64,000 bases of DNA from an uncultured delta proteobacterium (GCA_963778655.1 CAVZVA010000002.1:96001-160000), one strand, 5' to 3'. Shown: positions 28,445 through 43,400, counted from the stretch's first letter. Numbers and translations are program-made. The notes: generated by a model from the letters alone, not told the origin.

Positions 28445-31400
28445 TGCCACATGGGTCGAATTTGATGTACTCCGCCGCCGCGATTGCACCAGTCGTGTGT
28501 ACTACTTCGGAGCCGATGTTGGCACGCTCGGTGGACTCCGTAATGATTTTCTGAAGGGCGTTTTGAGCAACGCTGTCCGCAAATGTGTTCGTGGAATCAA
28601 CGCTTCTCAGGAAACCAAGAGCGCCAGCCGGAACCTCCGGGACTAGTTGCGAGGGGAGCCTGATCCCAAGCTTGCTGACGAAGTTGTAACCCCATCCTAG
28701 CTCCGCAATGTTCGGGATGGCACTGCCCAACGTGGTTGCCCTTGCGAGGCCTGCCGAAAGCACCCCACCTGCAATGCCGATCGTGAACGACGCCGTGAAC
28801 TTGCAAAGGGTCAGGTTCTCGGAGGCTTTTTCGACACCACCCTCGAACATGTCGTGCACCGCATCGGTCGCTACCCCGCTGAGCGATCCGAAAATTATTC
28901 CGCCCGCGACACCACCCGTTGCTGCTGCTGCCGCACCGGTGACACCGGCAAACGCAACAGTCCCGGCGAACTCGCCGTACTTACCCTTAGCAAGCAAATC
29001 TCGGTTCGCTATGGCCGTGCTGATAGAAGCGAGCACGCCAACAATGCCAGCAGTTATCGATACCTCGATCAACGTGAATGTTCCGGTTGGATCTCGCGCG
29101 ATGGTCGGAGAGTTCGAGACGTACGTATACGGATGCAGAGAAGAGGCCGAGAGCGTGATTCCGCCCACAGGATCCCTACTCACAAACCTCCCCGTCCTGC
29201 TGTCATACGACCTGGCTCTCACGAAGTAGAGCCCTGTCGAGCCGTCGAGCGTCATCCCCTGGAACCTCGGCTCGGCCCCGACCGCCGGGTCGATCCCGCT
29301 CGAAGCTCCAACCGCACTGGCGACGTTCCCGAACCCATCGTAGTGAATCGAAGCGGTTGACGCTCCGCTCCCGTCCGCCTTCCCGATCACGCTCCCCATC
29401 GAATCCGCGAGCAGATACTCCACCTGCCCACCCGTCCCGATCTTCATGATCGGATGCTCGCCCGCGTAGACGTAACTCGCGATCAGATTCCCGCTCCCAT
29501 CCACCACAGCCTGCGGCGACTCATACCCGTCCCCAAGGTTCGGCGCGATCAAGAACCTCTTCACCGAAGCTCCGTTGTTCACGGCAACTCGCCGCCCCAT
29601 CCCATCGAACGTATACCGCTCGACCTCGATCCCGCCATCGACAACCCGCGTGATGTGATCCATCGAGTCGTACTCGACATCCCGATGCACCCCGCCCCGG
29701 TCAATGCCCGTGAGCCGACCGCCGGCATCGTGGGCATAGACCTCATTGCCAGCCGTGCCCGTGATGCCCGTCAGCTTGAACCCCGCCGCGTAGCTGTAGG
29801 TCTCTTGGCCCGTGAGGGTGGTTTTGCTCGTCCTGTTCCCATCCGCGTCATACCCGTACTGGATCTCCTCGACCAGCACGTCGTTCGCATCGAAGTGGCT
29901 CTCCTTCTTCACCCGCAGCGCCGAGTCGTAGTCGATCTTGGTGTACGTCCCATCTTCCCTGGTGATCTTCGTGGGCTCCCCCGAAGGCGACCTCTCGTAG
30001 ACCACGCTCGCCAGCACCACGTTGCTCGCGTTCTTGTGCACAACGCTCAGCACCCTGTCCCGTGAATCGTAGGCGTACGTGGTCACGACCCCGTTGGGCA
30101 GCACCCTCTGCTGCAACCGATCCGCATCATCGTACGAGTACCCCGTCACCCCGCCGTTGGGGTCCACGATCTGCGCCAAGTTCCCGTTCGCGTCGTAATC
30201 GTAGTGCGTGTGGATCTCGCCACTCGTCGGGGTCGTCTTCACCCTCACGTCGGTGGTTCGATCCAGCACGTCCCGATCGTACATCACGCTGCCGCCGCTC
30301 GGGTACGTGATCCCGCTGAACCGCCCGGCCGCGTCGTAGTGGTACGTGGTCGTCCCCGTTTGATCCGTCATCGTCTCGATGCGGTCACCGGGGCCGTACG
30401 TGAGGTCGCGGAACTCGCCCGTATCAGTCTCTCGATGCGTCTCGCGCCCCGAGATGTCGTGGCGAAGCGTGACGACCGTGCCTTGCGGGAGAACGATCTG
30501 CTGGGGCCTCGCGTCCGCATCGTACGTGATCGTCCTCGTGCCCATGTCGGGGTACGTGACCTTCGAGATGCGACCGTTCGTACCCCGCTCGAACTTCGTC
30601 ACCTCACCCTTCGGGCTCGTGACTTGGGACAACAGGTGCGTGAAGTTGCCGCCGTTGCTGCTGCCGACGGTCGAAACATCGCGGTACTCGGTACTGCCCT
30701 CGCTGCCCTGATAAGCGCTCGCTCCGCCGTCGTGGTTCGCGGTGCTCACGTTGCCGCTGAACACGTCGTAGCTCACGCCGCTGCCAGCAGCAGGCGTGTA
30801 CTGGTACTGCCAGCTCTGACCTGCGAGGTCGGTCGCGGAGGTGAGCCCGCTCTTGGTGTCGTAGCCGTAGTTGCGGGTCCGCTCCAGTTCGTCCTGGAAG
30901 CTCGTCGGGTACTGCTGCGAGCCGTCGAGCCGCGTCGTGCCCAAGTAGCTGCTGCTCGTGTCCGCTCCACCCGGATACGTCGTCGAGCCCGGCAACCCGT
31001 ACGTGCTCAGACTGGTGACCGTCGTCCTGCTCAGCGCGTCGGTGATCGACGCCGAGAGCGGACTGCGGTCGAAGCTCGTGGTCTTGCCCCGCGCATTCGT
31101 CGTGCTCGCAAGTCGCCCACCGAGCTTGTAGCTCGTCTGCGTCTCGTGCCCGAGTGCATCCGTGGTCCTCGTCACCCTTCCCGCTGAGTCCCGCTCAAAC
31201 GTCGTCGTCGCGTTCAGCGTCGCATCGGTAATCCCCTGTAACCTTCCCCCGAGGTCATACGCATACAGCGTGCTGTTCCCCAGCGCATCAATCTCCTCCT
31301 TCACCCGCCCGGCGGCGTCGTAGATCCGCGTGAGCTCGTCGCCGTTGGGCTCGGTCCAGCTTCCGAGCCGGCCTGCGGCCGTGAAGCTGCGCTCTACCCG

Positions 31401-34400
31401 GCCAAACGTCGGGCCGCTGATCGCCGTCCAGCCGGGCGTGGCCTCGCTGTACTCGTAGCTCACAGTCGCGCCGTGGCCGTAGTCGGCGCTGCTCAGCCGG
31501 CCCAGGCCGTCGTAGCTCATCGTCGTCGTGAGGCCCCGCTCGCTGCGGCTCAGCAGGTGCCCCGCGGCGTCGTAGCTCATGGTGATCAACTGCCCGAAGG
31601 CGTCGATCTCCTGCGTGGGCTGGCCGCCCTCGTAGCCGCTGTAGGCCACCGTGCCGAAGCGGCCCGTCTTGCTCGAGAGCGTGCCGTCGGCGTTGTAGCT
31701 GCGGCTCTCGATCACGTTGCCCGCGCCATCCTTGACCGCCGTCTGGTTGCCGGCCGCGTCGTACTCGTACGCGATCACCGCGCCGCTGGGCAGCGTCACG
31801 CTCGCGCGGTCGTTCTTCGCCGTATATGTGTAGTTGTAGGTGAAGTCCGCCGGGTCTTCGCCCGCTTCGTGCGGCAGCACCCGGCTGAGCAAGTTCTTGC
31901 TACCGTCGTAGCTGTAGCTCGCCACGCTGCCGTCCGGGCCTTCCGCACGGATCAGGTTGTCCTGCGCGTCGTAGCTGAACAGCACGCTGTTACCCAGCGC
32001 GTCGGTCTGTTTGGTCACGTTGCCGCGCGCGTCGTACTCGTATTGCACGGGTCTCGACGTCGCATCCGTCTGCACCACGCTGCGCCCCGGCAGGTCGTAG
32101 CTGCTCTGGCTGCACCCGCCCTCGGCGTCGCACACCCCCGAAAGCCGCCCGTCTCCGTCGTAGCTCAGCGCTGCCACCTTGCGTCCCGCCGCATCGATGA
32201 TGCTCTGCAGGTGATGCGGGAGGTCGCTGCGGTAGCTGAAGCGTGTCGCCTCCCCCACCTGGTTGGTCACGCGTGCCAGGTTCCCGTTGAGGTCGTAGGC
32301 GTACTGCACCGCGCGACCCGATGGGTCCACCACCGCGCTGATCCGTCCCTGCGCGTCACGCTCGAAGCTGATGCTCTTGCCCCCGCTGTGGTGGATGCCC
32401 GCGGCGTCGATGCTGATCGCGTTGCCGTTGCGGTCCTGCACCAGCTCGATGCCGTTCTGCTCGCTGAGCTCGATCACGCGCCCATCCGCCAGCTGCAGCT
32501 GCAGCTTGCCCGGGTTGTACGGCTGCGTCGGGTCCAGCGCGTCCACCGCGTCCACCCCGTACGGCGCCTCGCCACCGATCGGCGGCTGCTGCAGCTGCGT
32601 CAACACCTGATCGTTGCCCACCACCAGCAGCTGCGCCCCCGCCGTGCTGCCGTCCACCTGCTCGTAGCTGTAGGTCATCGCGCACTGCCCGCTCACCAGC
32701 GGAACCTGCGAGCTCGGCACCAGCGTCGCCCGGAACAGGTACCACTCGCGCTCCGACAGCCGCACCTCGGTCAGGTGCTGCTCGTGCTCCAGCGTGATCG
32801 TGCACGGAAAGTTGAACCCGTACGGCGTATCCGGGTACGTCACGAACCACTCGCTCCCCGGCGCTCGGTTGTGCTGCAGCGAGCCCTGCTTCACGTCCAA
32901 CCGCCAACCGTAGCCGAAGTCCTGCTTGTTCTTGTCCCGGCTGTCGTAGCTGCGCACCACCGTGATCGGGATCCCCGCCATCGGCACCGCCATGTCCACA
33001 AACGACAGCTGAACCACCCCGACCTTGGCCTGGCCTTCCACCCGCACCGGGATCACCACCTCGCTGGACTGGCCGTTGACGTCGTGCGCCGTCAGCCTCA
33101 GCTCGTAGTAGCCGTCGCGCAGCAACGTCGCGTCCAACGTGCCCAGCGCGCCGTCTTGCACGCTCTGGTAGCCCTGGGCGACCTGCGTCCAGCTGCTCTC
33201 TCCGGTGCGACGCTGCTCCAGCGTGTAGCCCATCAGGTTCGGGTCGCTGGCCGTACCCACGATGGCCTGCAGGTAGGTCGCCTCCGCGTCCTTGGCCGGA
33301 GTGCTGATCGCCACCACCGGCGGCGTCGTGTCCCCGGCGTCCTGCACCCCCACCAGCAGCGTCTTGGTCGAGACGTTGCCGCTGGCGTCGACCGCCGTCA
33401 CCACCACCGTGTGCACGCCCCGGCTGCTGCTGCTGAAGTCCAGCTGCCCGTTTTCGTCGAGCTGCGCCGGCGCGCCGTCGATCGTCACCTCGAGGCTGCT
33501 CACGCCGACCTCGTCGCTGGCAAGCGCAGTCAGAGTCAGCGTGCCCCCGGGCACAATCGTCTCCTGGTCCACGTTGACGTCCAGCACCGGCGGGCTGCTG
33601 TCCTCGGTGACCTCCACCGTGAAGCTCTGCGTGTCCTGCAGCCCGCCGCTGTCGGTCACCTGCACCGTCACCGCGTAGCTCCCGAGCGCATCCGGCTGCC
33701 ACTCGATCAGGCCCGTCACCATGTCGATGGTCATGCCTTGCGGCCAGTCCAAAAGCGTGTAGCTCAGCACCTCGCGCGTGCCCAGGTCGGCCGCATCCAC
33801 GTCGTAGCGGTAGTGACCGTGCACCACCGCGTGCGTCACCGCGGTGCTGGTGATCCGCGGCGTCACCGCGTTCTGCAGCACCTCGATGTTGAAGAACTGC
33901 CGGTCCACGTTGCCCAGCTCGTCACGCGCGATCAGCACTACCCCGTGCGTGCCGAGCTGGTCCTGGGTCGGCGTCCAGAAGATCTCGCCGGTGGCCGGGT
34001 CCAGCGCCATCCCCTTGGGCGCAAGCGCAGCGCACCCGGTCATGCAGACCTGGTCGAAGTCGTAGGTCACCTGCGGCTGCCCGGTGAGCCGAACCACTTC
34101 GGGTTGATAGCGATATTCAGCGCCCACCGAGGCCAGCAGCGACGGCGTGCTCGCGAACCTCAACGGGCTACCCAGCACGCTCACCGTGAACGCCTGCACC
34201 GCGGCGGCACCGCCGGCGTCGCTGACCCGCACCAACACCGTATGCTCGCCCACGTTTCCATCGGCGGGGGTCCAGCTCAGCGTGTTGCCCGACAGCGTCA
34301 TGCCCGCAGGGCCGGTCACGAGATCGTACGAGAGCGCCTGATTCTCCGGATCGTGCGCCGCCAGGTTGTAGAGGTAGAGGTCCCCGACCTGTGCCTCGAC

Positions 34401-37400
34401 AACGGGCTGGCTGTCGAAAACCGGCGGCGCATTGCTCGCATCCGTCATGACGGTGAGCGTTACGCTGCCGTCGAGCGTGTTTCCCCCCAACGAATCCGTC
34501 GCCGAAAGGATCAGGTGGTAGGAACCGGCCATGGTGGAATCAACCAGCCAGGTGAACACGCCCGTATCGGGATCGAGCGCCATGCCGGGCGCCAGGTTGG
34601 CGTTTTGACCACCTGGTGCCGTGAGTGGCAACTCGTACCTGATCGGTTGCAGGTCCCAATCGAACGCATGCACCTGTGCCACGAACGGGACCACCTGGCC
34701 GGGTGGCACCTTGATCACCTGGCTGACCAGGGTGCTGCCCCGGAAGTACGGGCGCTCGTTGCAGCGGTTGACGGTTGCCTGCAGCGGATCGCGGCAAGCG
34801 GGCGACAAGTACGACTCCGCTCCCAGCGACAGCGTCGCGGGCTGGCTGTCGAGCTCGCCGTCGTTGGCCACGATCGTATACACGCCTGATGGCCCGGTCA
34901 GCACGTTCCCGTTCAGGGTGGCCGCTGGCCCGCTGGTGACACGGTAGGTCAAGGCGTCGCCGTCCGGATCGTAGCCTGGCAAGGCAAAGGCGGCGTTGTC
35001 CTGCAGGCCACCGTAGGACGTGCTGAAGACGACCGGCGCGTGATTCGCCGCATTGGGGTCGGGCTCCAGCGCGAGATCCTCGTCCGGCACGCCGTCTCCG
35101 TCGTCGTCGATGCCGTTCTTGCGTTCCTCGCCTTCGATGCCGTCGCAGTCGTTGTCGATGCCGTCGCCCGGGACCGTGACGGTCGGCCTGCAGGCCGGTT
35201 GCGCCAGCTGCATCCCGACGGGCATCGCGTAGCTGCCGTAGTATTCGTAGCCGTAGCTCGAGGCCATGAACTTGGCGCCGAGGATGTCGCTCGTGATGAC
35301 GTGGCTGCCCTGCTCCAGGGGCATGCGGGCGCCGGCATAGGTGCCATCGCCGAGCGCGCGCCAGGCGCCCGGCACGGGCTGTCCGTCGACGCGAATGCCG
35401 CCCGCCTCCGTGCTCTTGGCGATGATGCTCAGGTGGTCCCGGAACGAAAAGTCAGTCGCGGCGGCGCCAAGCAGTGGGTCGGTCGGCTCCGGCGGCGACA
35501 CGATCAGGTGGTCGACGAACTGATCGGCCGGCGGCACCAGCATAAAGGATGGGTCGCCGAGATTGTTGAACCCTGCCCCGAGAATGTATTGCCCGACCAG
35601 GCTCGGTTGGCTGGTGATGACCTCGTGACCGCTGAACAATCCTTCGCGGAACTGATACACCGCACCGCGATCGAGCGTCGCCATGAGCTGGCCGTCGACG
35701 CGCACCTCGGTTCCGTCGGCGCCGGCCATCACACGGACGATGTCGCCGACGTCGCCGTACGTTTGGGGCCCTTCCGCCGGCACGATCGGGAAGCGCGTAC
35801 CGAAGGCAGTCACCGGCGGCATCTGCTCGATCAAGTGATCGCACGCGCTATACACGGAGCTCAACGGCGTGCACACGTGTCCGCCGTAGACCGCCACCGG
35901 CTTGCTGCTGCTCACGCGCGTTCCGGTGAAATCCTCGAATGCGTACGCGTCCACGCTGCCCGCCTCGAGTTGCAAGGTTTGCAACGCGTTGAGGGTGACC
36001 GTGAAGGGCACGCCGATGGGTGCCCCTTGCGGCAGATCGGGACCCGGCGCGACCTCGGCGGTGGGCACAATCGTCACTTGCGTATCGTCCTCGATCGCGG
36101 CCACGGAGAGCTGGCTGCCGCTCGGACTGCCGAAATACGGCTCCTTCTCGTTGTAGGCAGCCAGGACCAAATACTCGCTGCCGAGCCGCTCGACCGGCAG
36201 CGCAAGGTAGGCGTCGCTGCTGCCCCAAAGACGATCGAGAGCCTGAACCCGGATTTCGTCGAGGCTGGTGACCTCGATCCCCTTGTCCTCGATCAGCCCG
36301 CTGTCTCCCACGTTGTACCCGCGGTCCGTGAGGCCGCCCATGCGCAGCGTGTCGGGAACGACCACCCGACTGACCTGGTCCGGTGCCACGCCGACGTCGG
36401 CTTCGAACCCGACCGAAGGCGCACGAACGTGCGCCGTCGTCGCCACACGCGAGGAGATCATCAGCACCAGACGCCGCGTGTCGGGCGAGGAGTAAGCGGC
36501 ATTGGCGTTCTGCGGAAAGGCGAGCACGAATCGGACTCCCTGGTCGCCCGAAGTGCTCTGGCCCAGCTCGGTCGGCGCGCTGTCGCCCTGGCGCACCTCG
36601 AAGTCGACCGAGTCGCTGTTGGGGTAGTAGCGGTCGTCACCGGCAAAGCCGTACTCGACCGTGCTCAAGGAGAGCGGGTCGAAATGAACCACGGCGCGCG
36701 CGACCGAATCTGCGTCCGTTACCGCGGTCACGATCTCGCCGTTGTGAGAAAAGACGATCTCCCTACCCACCACGGGAGCCGAATTGTCCAGCGCGTCGAA
36801 CAACCTTGCGCTGAGCTCGAAGTCCCCGTCAGCCGCCGTGGGAACCATGGTCAGGGGAACGACCACGCTGGGCCGGCGGTCCACGGTCACAATCGCGGTG
36901 TCGGTCGTCGAGGTGTGGTCGTCGAAAGCGGTCAGCGAGGCCGTGTAGACCCCGGGGTCGGCGTAGACGTGGTCCCGCTGCGTGTCGACATGACGGTTGC
37001 ATGGATCGATGGCGACTGTGTGCCCGTCTCCGAAGTCCCACACGCAGTGCAAGCTCGCTTCATCGTCGCCGTGGTCCATGACAGCCTCGCCGGGGTGACC
37101 AACCCGCGCTCGCTGTCCCCACAAGATGCCGATGTCAGGACCGGCGTTCACCTCTGGCGGCACGTTGTGGACCGGAACGCTCTTGACGATCGAGGCCGTG
37201 AGAAACTGCGAGTCGGTAACCGTGAGATGCAGCGGTATGTCGCCATCCTGGGGAAAGCGCACGGTCAGAGGGCTGTCCGCTTGGGCGAAAGCGCCGTTGA
37301 CCCAAAGGCAGCCACCTGTGCAATCGTCGAAGATCACCGGCCCGCTCCAGCTGCGCGACAGCACGCGCTGGCCGTCCACCACTCGAGACGCATCAAACAG

Positions 37401-40400
37401 GGTCGCGAACGGCCCTGATCCGTCGGTCTCCGCCGGCGAATCGGGCGTCCAGGTGAAGTCCGGCACGGGCGCCTGCAAGACGGTATAGGTCGCGTGCGCC
37501 ACGCCTACGCGCCCCTGCACATCGGTCACGCTCAAAGCGATCTGGTACGTGCCGGGCTCGGCGTAAGTGTGCGAGGGATAGCGCTCGGTCGAGGAGGCGC
37601 CGTCGCCGAATGTCCAGAGACGTGAAGCCACCTCGCTCTGCGGCAGAGGTGTCATGTCCTCGAACGGCACCTGTGCGCCGCCGAGCTCAGGGCTGTATAG
37701 GCGGACGTCGGCGATCCGGTAGGTGCCGCCACCGTAGCTCGAATGCAAGCGGAGTCGCGCGTAGCGCGCGCGCGTGGGGGCAAGCTCCCAGACGAAATCT
37801 CCGTTGTCGTCCTCCCAGGAGGTCTGCGCCAACACGGTGGAAAAGTCGCCGTCCGCGCTGCCGGTGTTGGAGAGCTGAAGGTCGAAGTCCTTGGCGGAAG
37901 TGCCTTTGCCGACGTCGTATGCGCTCATCTCGAGCTGACTCACGGCCTGTCCGGCAGGCGCCAGCGCGAGGACCGCCCATTGCTCGCCCGCGCTGCCGGT
38001 TTGCCAGACGGTTTGGTGGCTATAGTCGAACGCGCCCGTCGCCCAGCCCGAACGGGTTTCAGTGCTCGCTCGCACCACGTCGGCGCCGCCCTCGAGCAGC
38101 GAGACCACCCCTCCTTCGCGTGAACGAGTCGACACATTGAGCTGACTCAGGTAGCCGCCCCAGTCGTAGTCAGTCGAGGAGAGACGCTCGAAAACGAGCC
38201 GTACGTATCGGGCTTGGACGGGAGCGAGCTGGAAGTCGACCGCCCCATCGACCGGCGGCACGACCTCTCCGACCTTGACAAAGGAGCCGAGGTCGAAGGT
38301 CTCGGCGGAGCTGACCCACAGCTCGGCATGGTCGGCACCACCTTCATTGATTTGAAGCGACACTTCATCGAACACCGGCTGGTCGGCGCCCGCCAACCGC
38401 ACGCTGACGTACCGGGGCTCGGGCGACGACCCGAGGCTCATCTTCAAGGAGGTATAGATGAGAGGCGTAGCAGCCGAAGGATCCAGAACGCGGTCGCCGG
38501 CCCCGTACTCCACGACACGGGCCCCGCCGCCGTAGTGCGCCCTGTTGACCCCCCGGCTTACGTGGATGACCGGCGTGACCTGCAGCGGTGGTGGCCCGCA
38601 CTTGCCGGTCTCCAAGCTGCCGCACACCTGACCGCTCGGACAGGTGCCGCAATCCAGCGTACCGCCGCAGCCGTCGCTCGGCTGTCCGCACTCCGCGCCG
38701 AGCTGTGTGCAGCTGAGCACCCCCTGGGGGTTCGGGTCGTGCAGCACACCCTGGGCTTCGTCGCAGCGGTCGCTGGTGCATGCGTCCCCGTCGTCGATCT
38801 GAGGCGTCTGTCCAGGTTGACAACCAAACACCGGGGGGACGTCCCGCGCGATGACGAGGCCGAAGTCACCGTCCAGATCGGCATTGTCGTCGAAGGGCTC
38901 GCTGGTGCCGTAGCTCTCGTCGTTTGCACCGATGAACAGAAACACCGCGCCCTCGGGCACGGTGACGACTACGCCCGCAGGCTGAATCCGGAAGTCGTCT
39001 GCAATGTCCCTGTTATCGATGTAGAAATGGATGTCGTATGGAGGCGCGTCGGAAGCGATCGCGCCCGGCACGCGGCTCCAGTTTCCAGACGGACCAGGGG
39101 GCAGCAGCTCGTCGGTGCTGCTGAAAATTCCGAGCAGCTCGGTACCATTGTTGAACGTTCCGGCGAAGCTGCCCTGCGCGCGCAACGCGATCCGGTCACC
39201 GGGCTGCAAGCCGAAATCGCTGAGGCGATACGCACGCGCATACAGCGCGTGGAAGTTCAAGAAGGTCGTGCGGGGATTCACCTGCTCGAAGTGCTCCACA
39301 GCCGTCGGCGTGCCGCAGGTTTCGGCGCCGTTGCACGCGTTGCCGTCGCTGCAGTCCGCTCCCTCGGGCGCAGCCGTATGGACTGCGCCGGTTGCCGGAT
39401 CGCATGAGTCGATCGTGCATGGATCGCCGTCGTCTATGACGAGCGGCGCCCCCGCCTGACACGTGCCCGCGCTGTCGCAACTGTCGCCGACGGTGCAAGC
39501 GTTGGCGTCATCGCACGGCGCCCCAGGCAGCGGAGTGTGCGCTATGCCGAGGACGGGGTCGCAGGTGTCGGCGGTGCACACGTTGCCGTCATCGGTTACG
39601 AGCGGCGTCCCAGATCCGCAATGCGAAGCGGCCACGTTGACCTGCGCATCGAACTCGCCAGCGGCCGTGTTGTCTGCGTAGTACCGATCGAAAAGAGCAA
39701 GAAACAGGTATGCGGCGTGCTGCGGGACGTTGACCGCCACGCCCGACGTCGGAATCCGAAAATCTTCCGCGATGTCGGTCTGCTCGCCGCCGAAGTACGT
39801 CGTTCCGGTCACGACTTGCGGCAGCCCGGAGGCGATCGCGCCGGGTACGCGGTAGCGTTGGTCCGCGGGGCGCAGCTCACTGGTCGAGCTGAACACCGCG
39901 CCGAGATCGTTGACGTATCCGTCGCCACCATAGACGTGCCCGACCGCGGTGAGCGTGATCTGCTGCCCCGGTAGGATGCCGAAGTCCGCAAGTCGCACCG
40001 CGACCGCGTCCGTCGAGCCGTTGACCGTGTGCAGGTAGGCCTGCTGCGGACCGACGCTGAACAAGAGCGGCACGAGCTCGCAGCTCTCCTCGCCGTTGCA
40101 CACGTTGCCATCGCTGCAACTCGTGCCTGCGGCTGCCGGGGTGTGCACCACCCCGACGGCGGGATCGCAGGTGTCGATCGAGCACGGATCGCCGTCATCA
40201 ACCGTGGGCGGCACGGCGGCCTGGCACTGCCCCGACTGGCACGTCTCCTGGCCGTTGCATGCGTCGCCATCGCCGCACGGGCTTCCGTCTGCAACGGGCA
40301 CGTGGCTGACGCCGCTTGCCGGGGCACAGCTATCGGTGGTGCACGGGTTGGCGTCGTCGACGACCGGCGGGGTGCCCGGCTGGCACGTTCCCGATTCACA

Positions 40401-43400
40401 GGTCTCTTGCCCGTTGCAAAGGTCGGCGTCCGCGCAGCTCGTGGTCACCACCTGTCCCTGCACGCAGGTGACTGTGGAGGACCCTAAACAGCTCGGCACG
40501 TAGCCTTCGTCGATCCAGTTGTCGCAGTCGTCATCGTGGCCGTTGCAGTCGTCGTCCTGGTACTGCGCGCCCGGCACGCAGCTGTCCTGGAGCTGACCTG
40601 ACACGCAGGTCGCGATGCCCGTGTTCGTGCATTCACCCGTGCCGCAGCTGGTCGGGGTCGGGACGTAGTCCTCGTCCGCGGTCCCGTCGCAGTCGTCATC
40701 GACGCCGTCGCAGCTGCTATCGGGCGGCACGACCGAGCCAGCCAGGCACCGGCTGGCCCCGTCGCACTGATCATTGATCCGGCAGTGGTCGCCGTCGTCG
40801 CAGGGATAGCCCGCGCCGGGCGGAGGGCCGGCGGTGCACACGGTGGGCTTGCACTTGCCGCCGCCGTACACGTTGGCGATGAGCTGGATCTGCGGCTGGG
40901 TCAGCACGTGATCGTAGAGCGTGATCTCGTCGATCATGCCCTGGAAGTACTGCGTGCCGGAGTGCGAGCCGAGGGTCGCGGTGACCGGGCTCGGGAAGCC
41001 GCCCCACTGGCCGGCGGCGGTGGTGCCCGAGCTCGGCGTGGCGCTGACCTGTGTTCCGTCGATGTAGACCAGCGGCACCGCGCCGCTGCCGCTGAAGGTC
41101 AGGGCCAGGTGATGGAAGCGCCCGGCGTCGATCAAGATCGAGCGCAACGAGCTCGGGGCAGTCACGGTGGCGGTCTGGGTGGTGCCGCCGTTGACGTAGG
41201 TCCACATCACCAGCGAGTTGGTGACGCCGCAGCCGTTGCCCACGCGCAGGTACTGCTCGTGGGTCGCGTCCTGGCTCAGGTGGAAGATGGTGCGGCAGGT
41301 GTCGGTCGGAATGCGTACCCACATCTCGAGCGTCGCCTGACCCGCGAGGTTCAGCGCCGCGGCGTGCGCCGACAGGTCGACCTGGTCGTCCACGCCATCG
41401 AAGCTGAAGCCCTGGTCCACTTCTGCGGCCGCGAAGGTGAGGCCGTTCTGCGGCGTGCCGTCGTGGCCTCCGATCACGTCGTGGGCGTTGCCATCGCCCG
41501 GCCACCACGCAACCACCCCGCCCACCGTCGGCGCGCAGATCTGCGCGTGGGGTGGCTGGCACGTCTCGGCACCGTTGCACACGTTGCCGTCCGAGCACGA
41601 AGCGCCGGGCGCGAGGTGCTGGTGGGAAATGATGCCGGTGGCGGGGTCGCAGCTGTCGATGGTGCACGGCTCGCCGTCGTCCAACCCCACGACGGCCTCG
41701 TCGATCTTGCCGTCGCAGTCGTCATCGAGGCCGTTGCAGGTGGTGTCAGCGTCGACTCCGCCAGGGGTGCAATCGTCCTGTTCCACGCCGTTCACGCACG
41801 ACGTGCTGCCGGTGTTCGCGCACGCACCGGTGCCGCAGCTGGTCGCCCGCGGCACGTAGCCGTCGTCGACCTGGCCGTTGCAGTCGTCGTCGGCCCCGTC
41901 GCAGGTGGTGTCGGACGCCGCGGGCGTCCCCGGCACACAGCTGTCCTGCTCCATGCCATTGCTACAACTGCTGCTGCCCGTGCTCGCGCACTGACCCACG
42001 CCACAGCTCGTCGCCACAGCCACATAGTCCTCGTCGACAGTGCCGTCGCAGTCGTCGTCGAGGCCGTCGCAAGTGGCGTCGTTCGCGGCAGGCGCGGCCG
42101 CAGCGCAGCTGTCGGCGACCGTGCCGAGCACGCAGCTCGTGGCGCCCGCCCGCGCGCATGCACCCACCCCGCAGCTGGTGGGGACCGGCGCGTAGTCCTC
42201 ATCGGCGATGCCATCGCAATCGTCATCGTTCCCGTCGCAGGTGGCGTCAGCGGCCGCCGGATTGCCGGGCGTGCAAGTGTCGCCGACGACGCCGGCGACG
42301 CAGAAGGTGCTGCCCAGGCGCCCACAGGCGCCCACGCCGCAGCTGGTCGTGAGCGAGACGTAGCCTTCGTCCGCGGTGCCGTCGCAATTGTCATCGATTC
42401 CGTTGCAGGTGCTGTCGCTCGCGGCAGGCGTTCCGGGGCTGCAGTTGCTCTGCACCAGGCCGCCCGCGCACGAGCTCATGGCCGAGCGCGCGCACGCCCC
42501 TACCCCGCAACTCGTCACGACGGGGACGTAGCCGTCGTCCGCGGTCCCATTGCAGTCGTCGTCGACCCCGTCACAAGTCGCGTCCGAAGCCGCCGGCGCC
42601 CCTGGCGCGCACTCGATCTGCACTGCGCCGTTTACACACGAGCTCGTCCCGCTGCGTGCGCATCCCCCGACGCCGCAACTGGTCGCGACGGGGACGTAGC
42701 CGTCGTCCACTATCCCGTTGCAGTCGTCGTCGACCCCGTCGCAGGTCGTGTCCGATGCCGCCGGCGTCCCCGGCACGCAGTTGCTCTGCTCCTCGCCGTT
42801 CACACACGAGCTCATCGCCGTGCGCGCGCACGCACCCACGCCGCAGCTCGTCGCGACTGGGACATAGCCCTCGTCCGCCGTGCCGTCACAGTTGTTGTCA
42901 ATACCATCACAGGATGTGTCGCTGCCGGCCGGCGGGCCGGCCGCACAGGCCGTCTGCACGGTCCCGTTCACGCACGAGGTGGCTCCCGTCCGCATGCATG
43001 CCCCCAGGCCGCAGCTCGTGCTCTCGGAGACGTACTCCTCGTCGACGTGACCGTCGCAATCGTCGTCGATGCCATCGCAGCTGGCGTCGGCGGCGGCCGG
43101 ATTGCCGGGCACGCAGCCGTCGCTGACGGTGCCTGCGACGCAGGCTGTCGTGCCCGTCCGGCTGCACGCACCCACGCCGCAGCTCGTCGCCACCGGGACA
43201 TAGCCCTCGTCCGCCGTGCCGCTGCAATTGTCGTCGATTCCGTCACAGGTCGTGTCGCTCGGGGCCGGCGTGCCGGGTGTGCAGTCCGTCTGCGCCTCGC
43301 CGTTCACGCACGCGGTCGTTCCCGTCCGCAGACATGCCCCGACGCCGCAGGTGCTGGTCTCCGCAACGAATTCTTCGTCGACGCGGCCGTCGCAGTCCTG

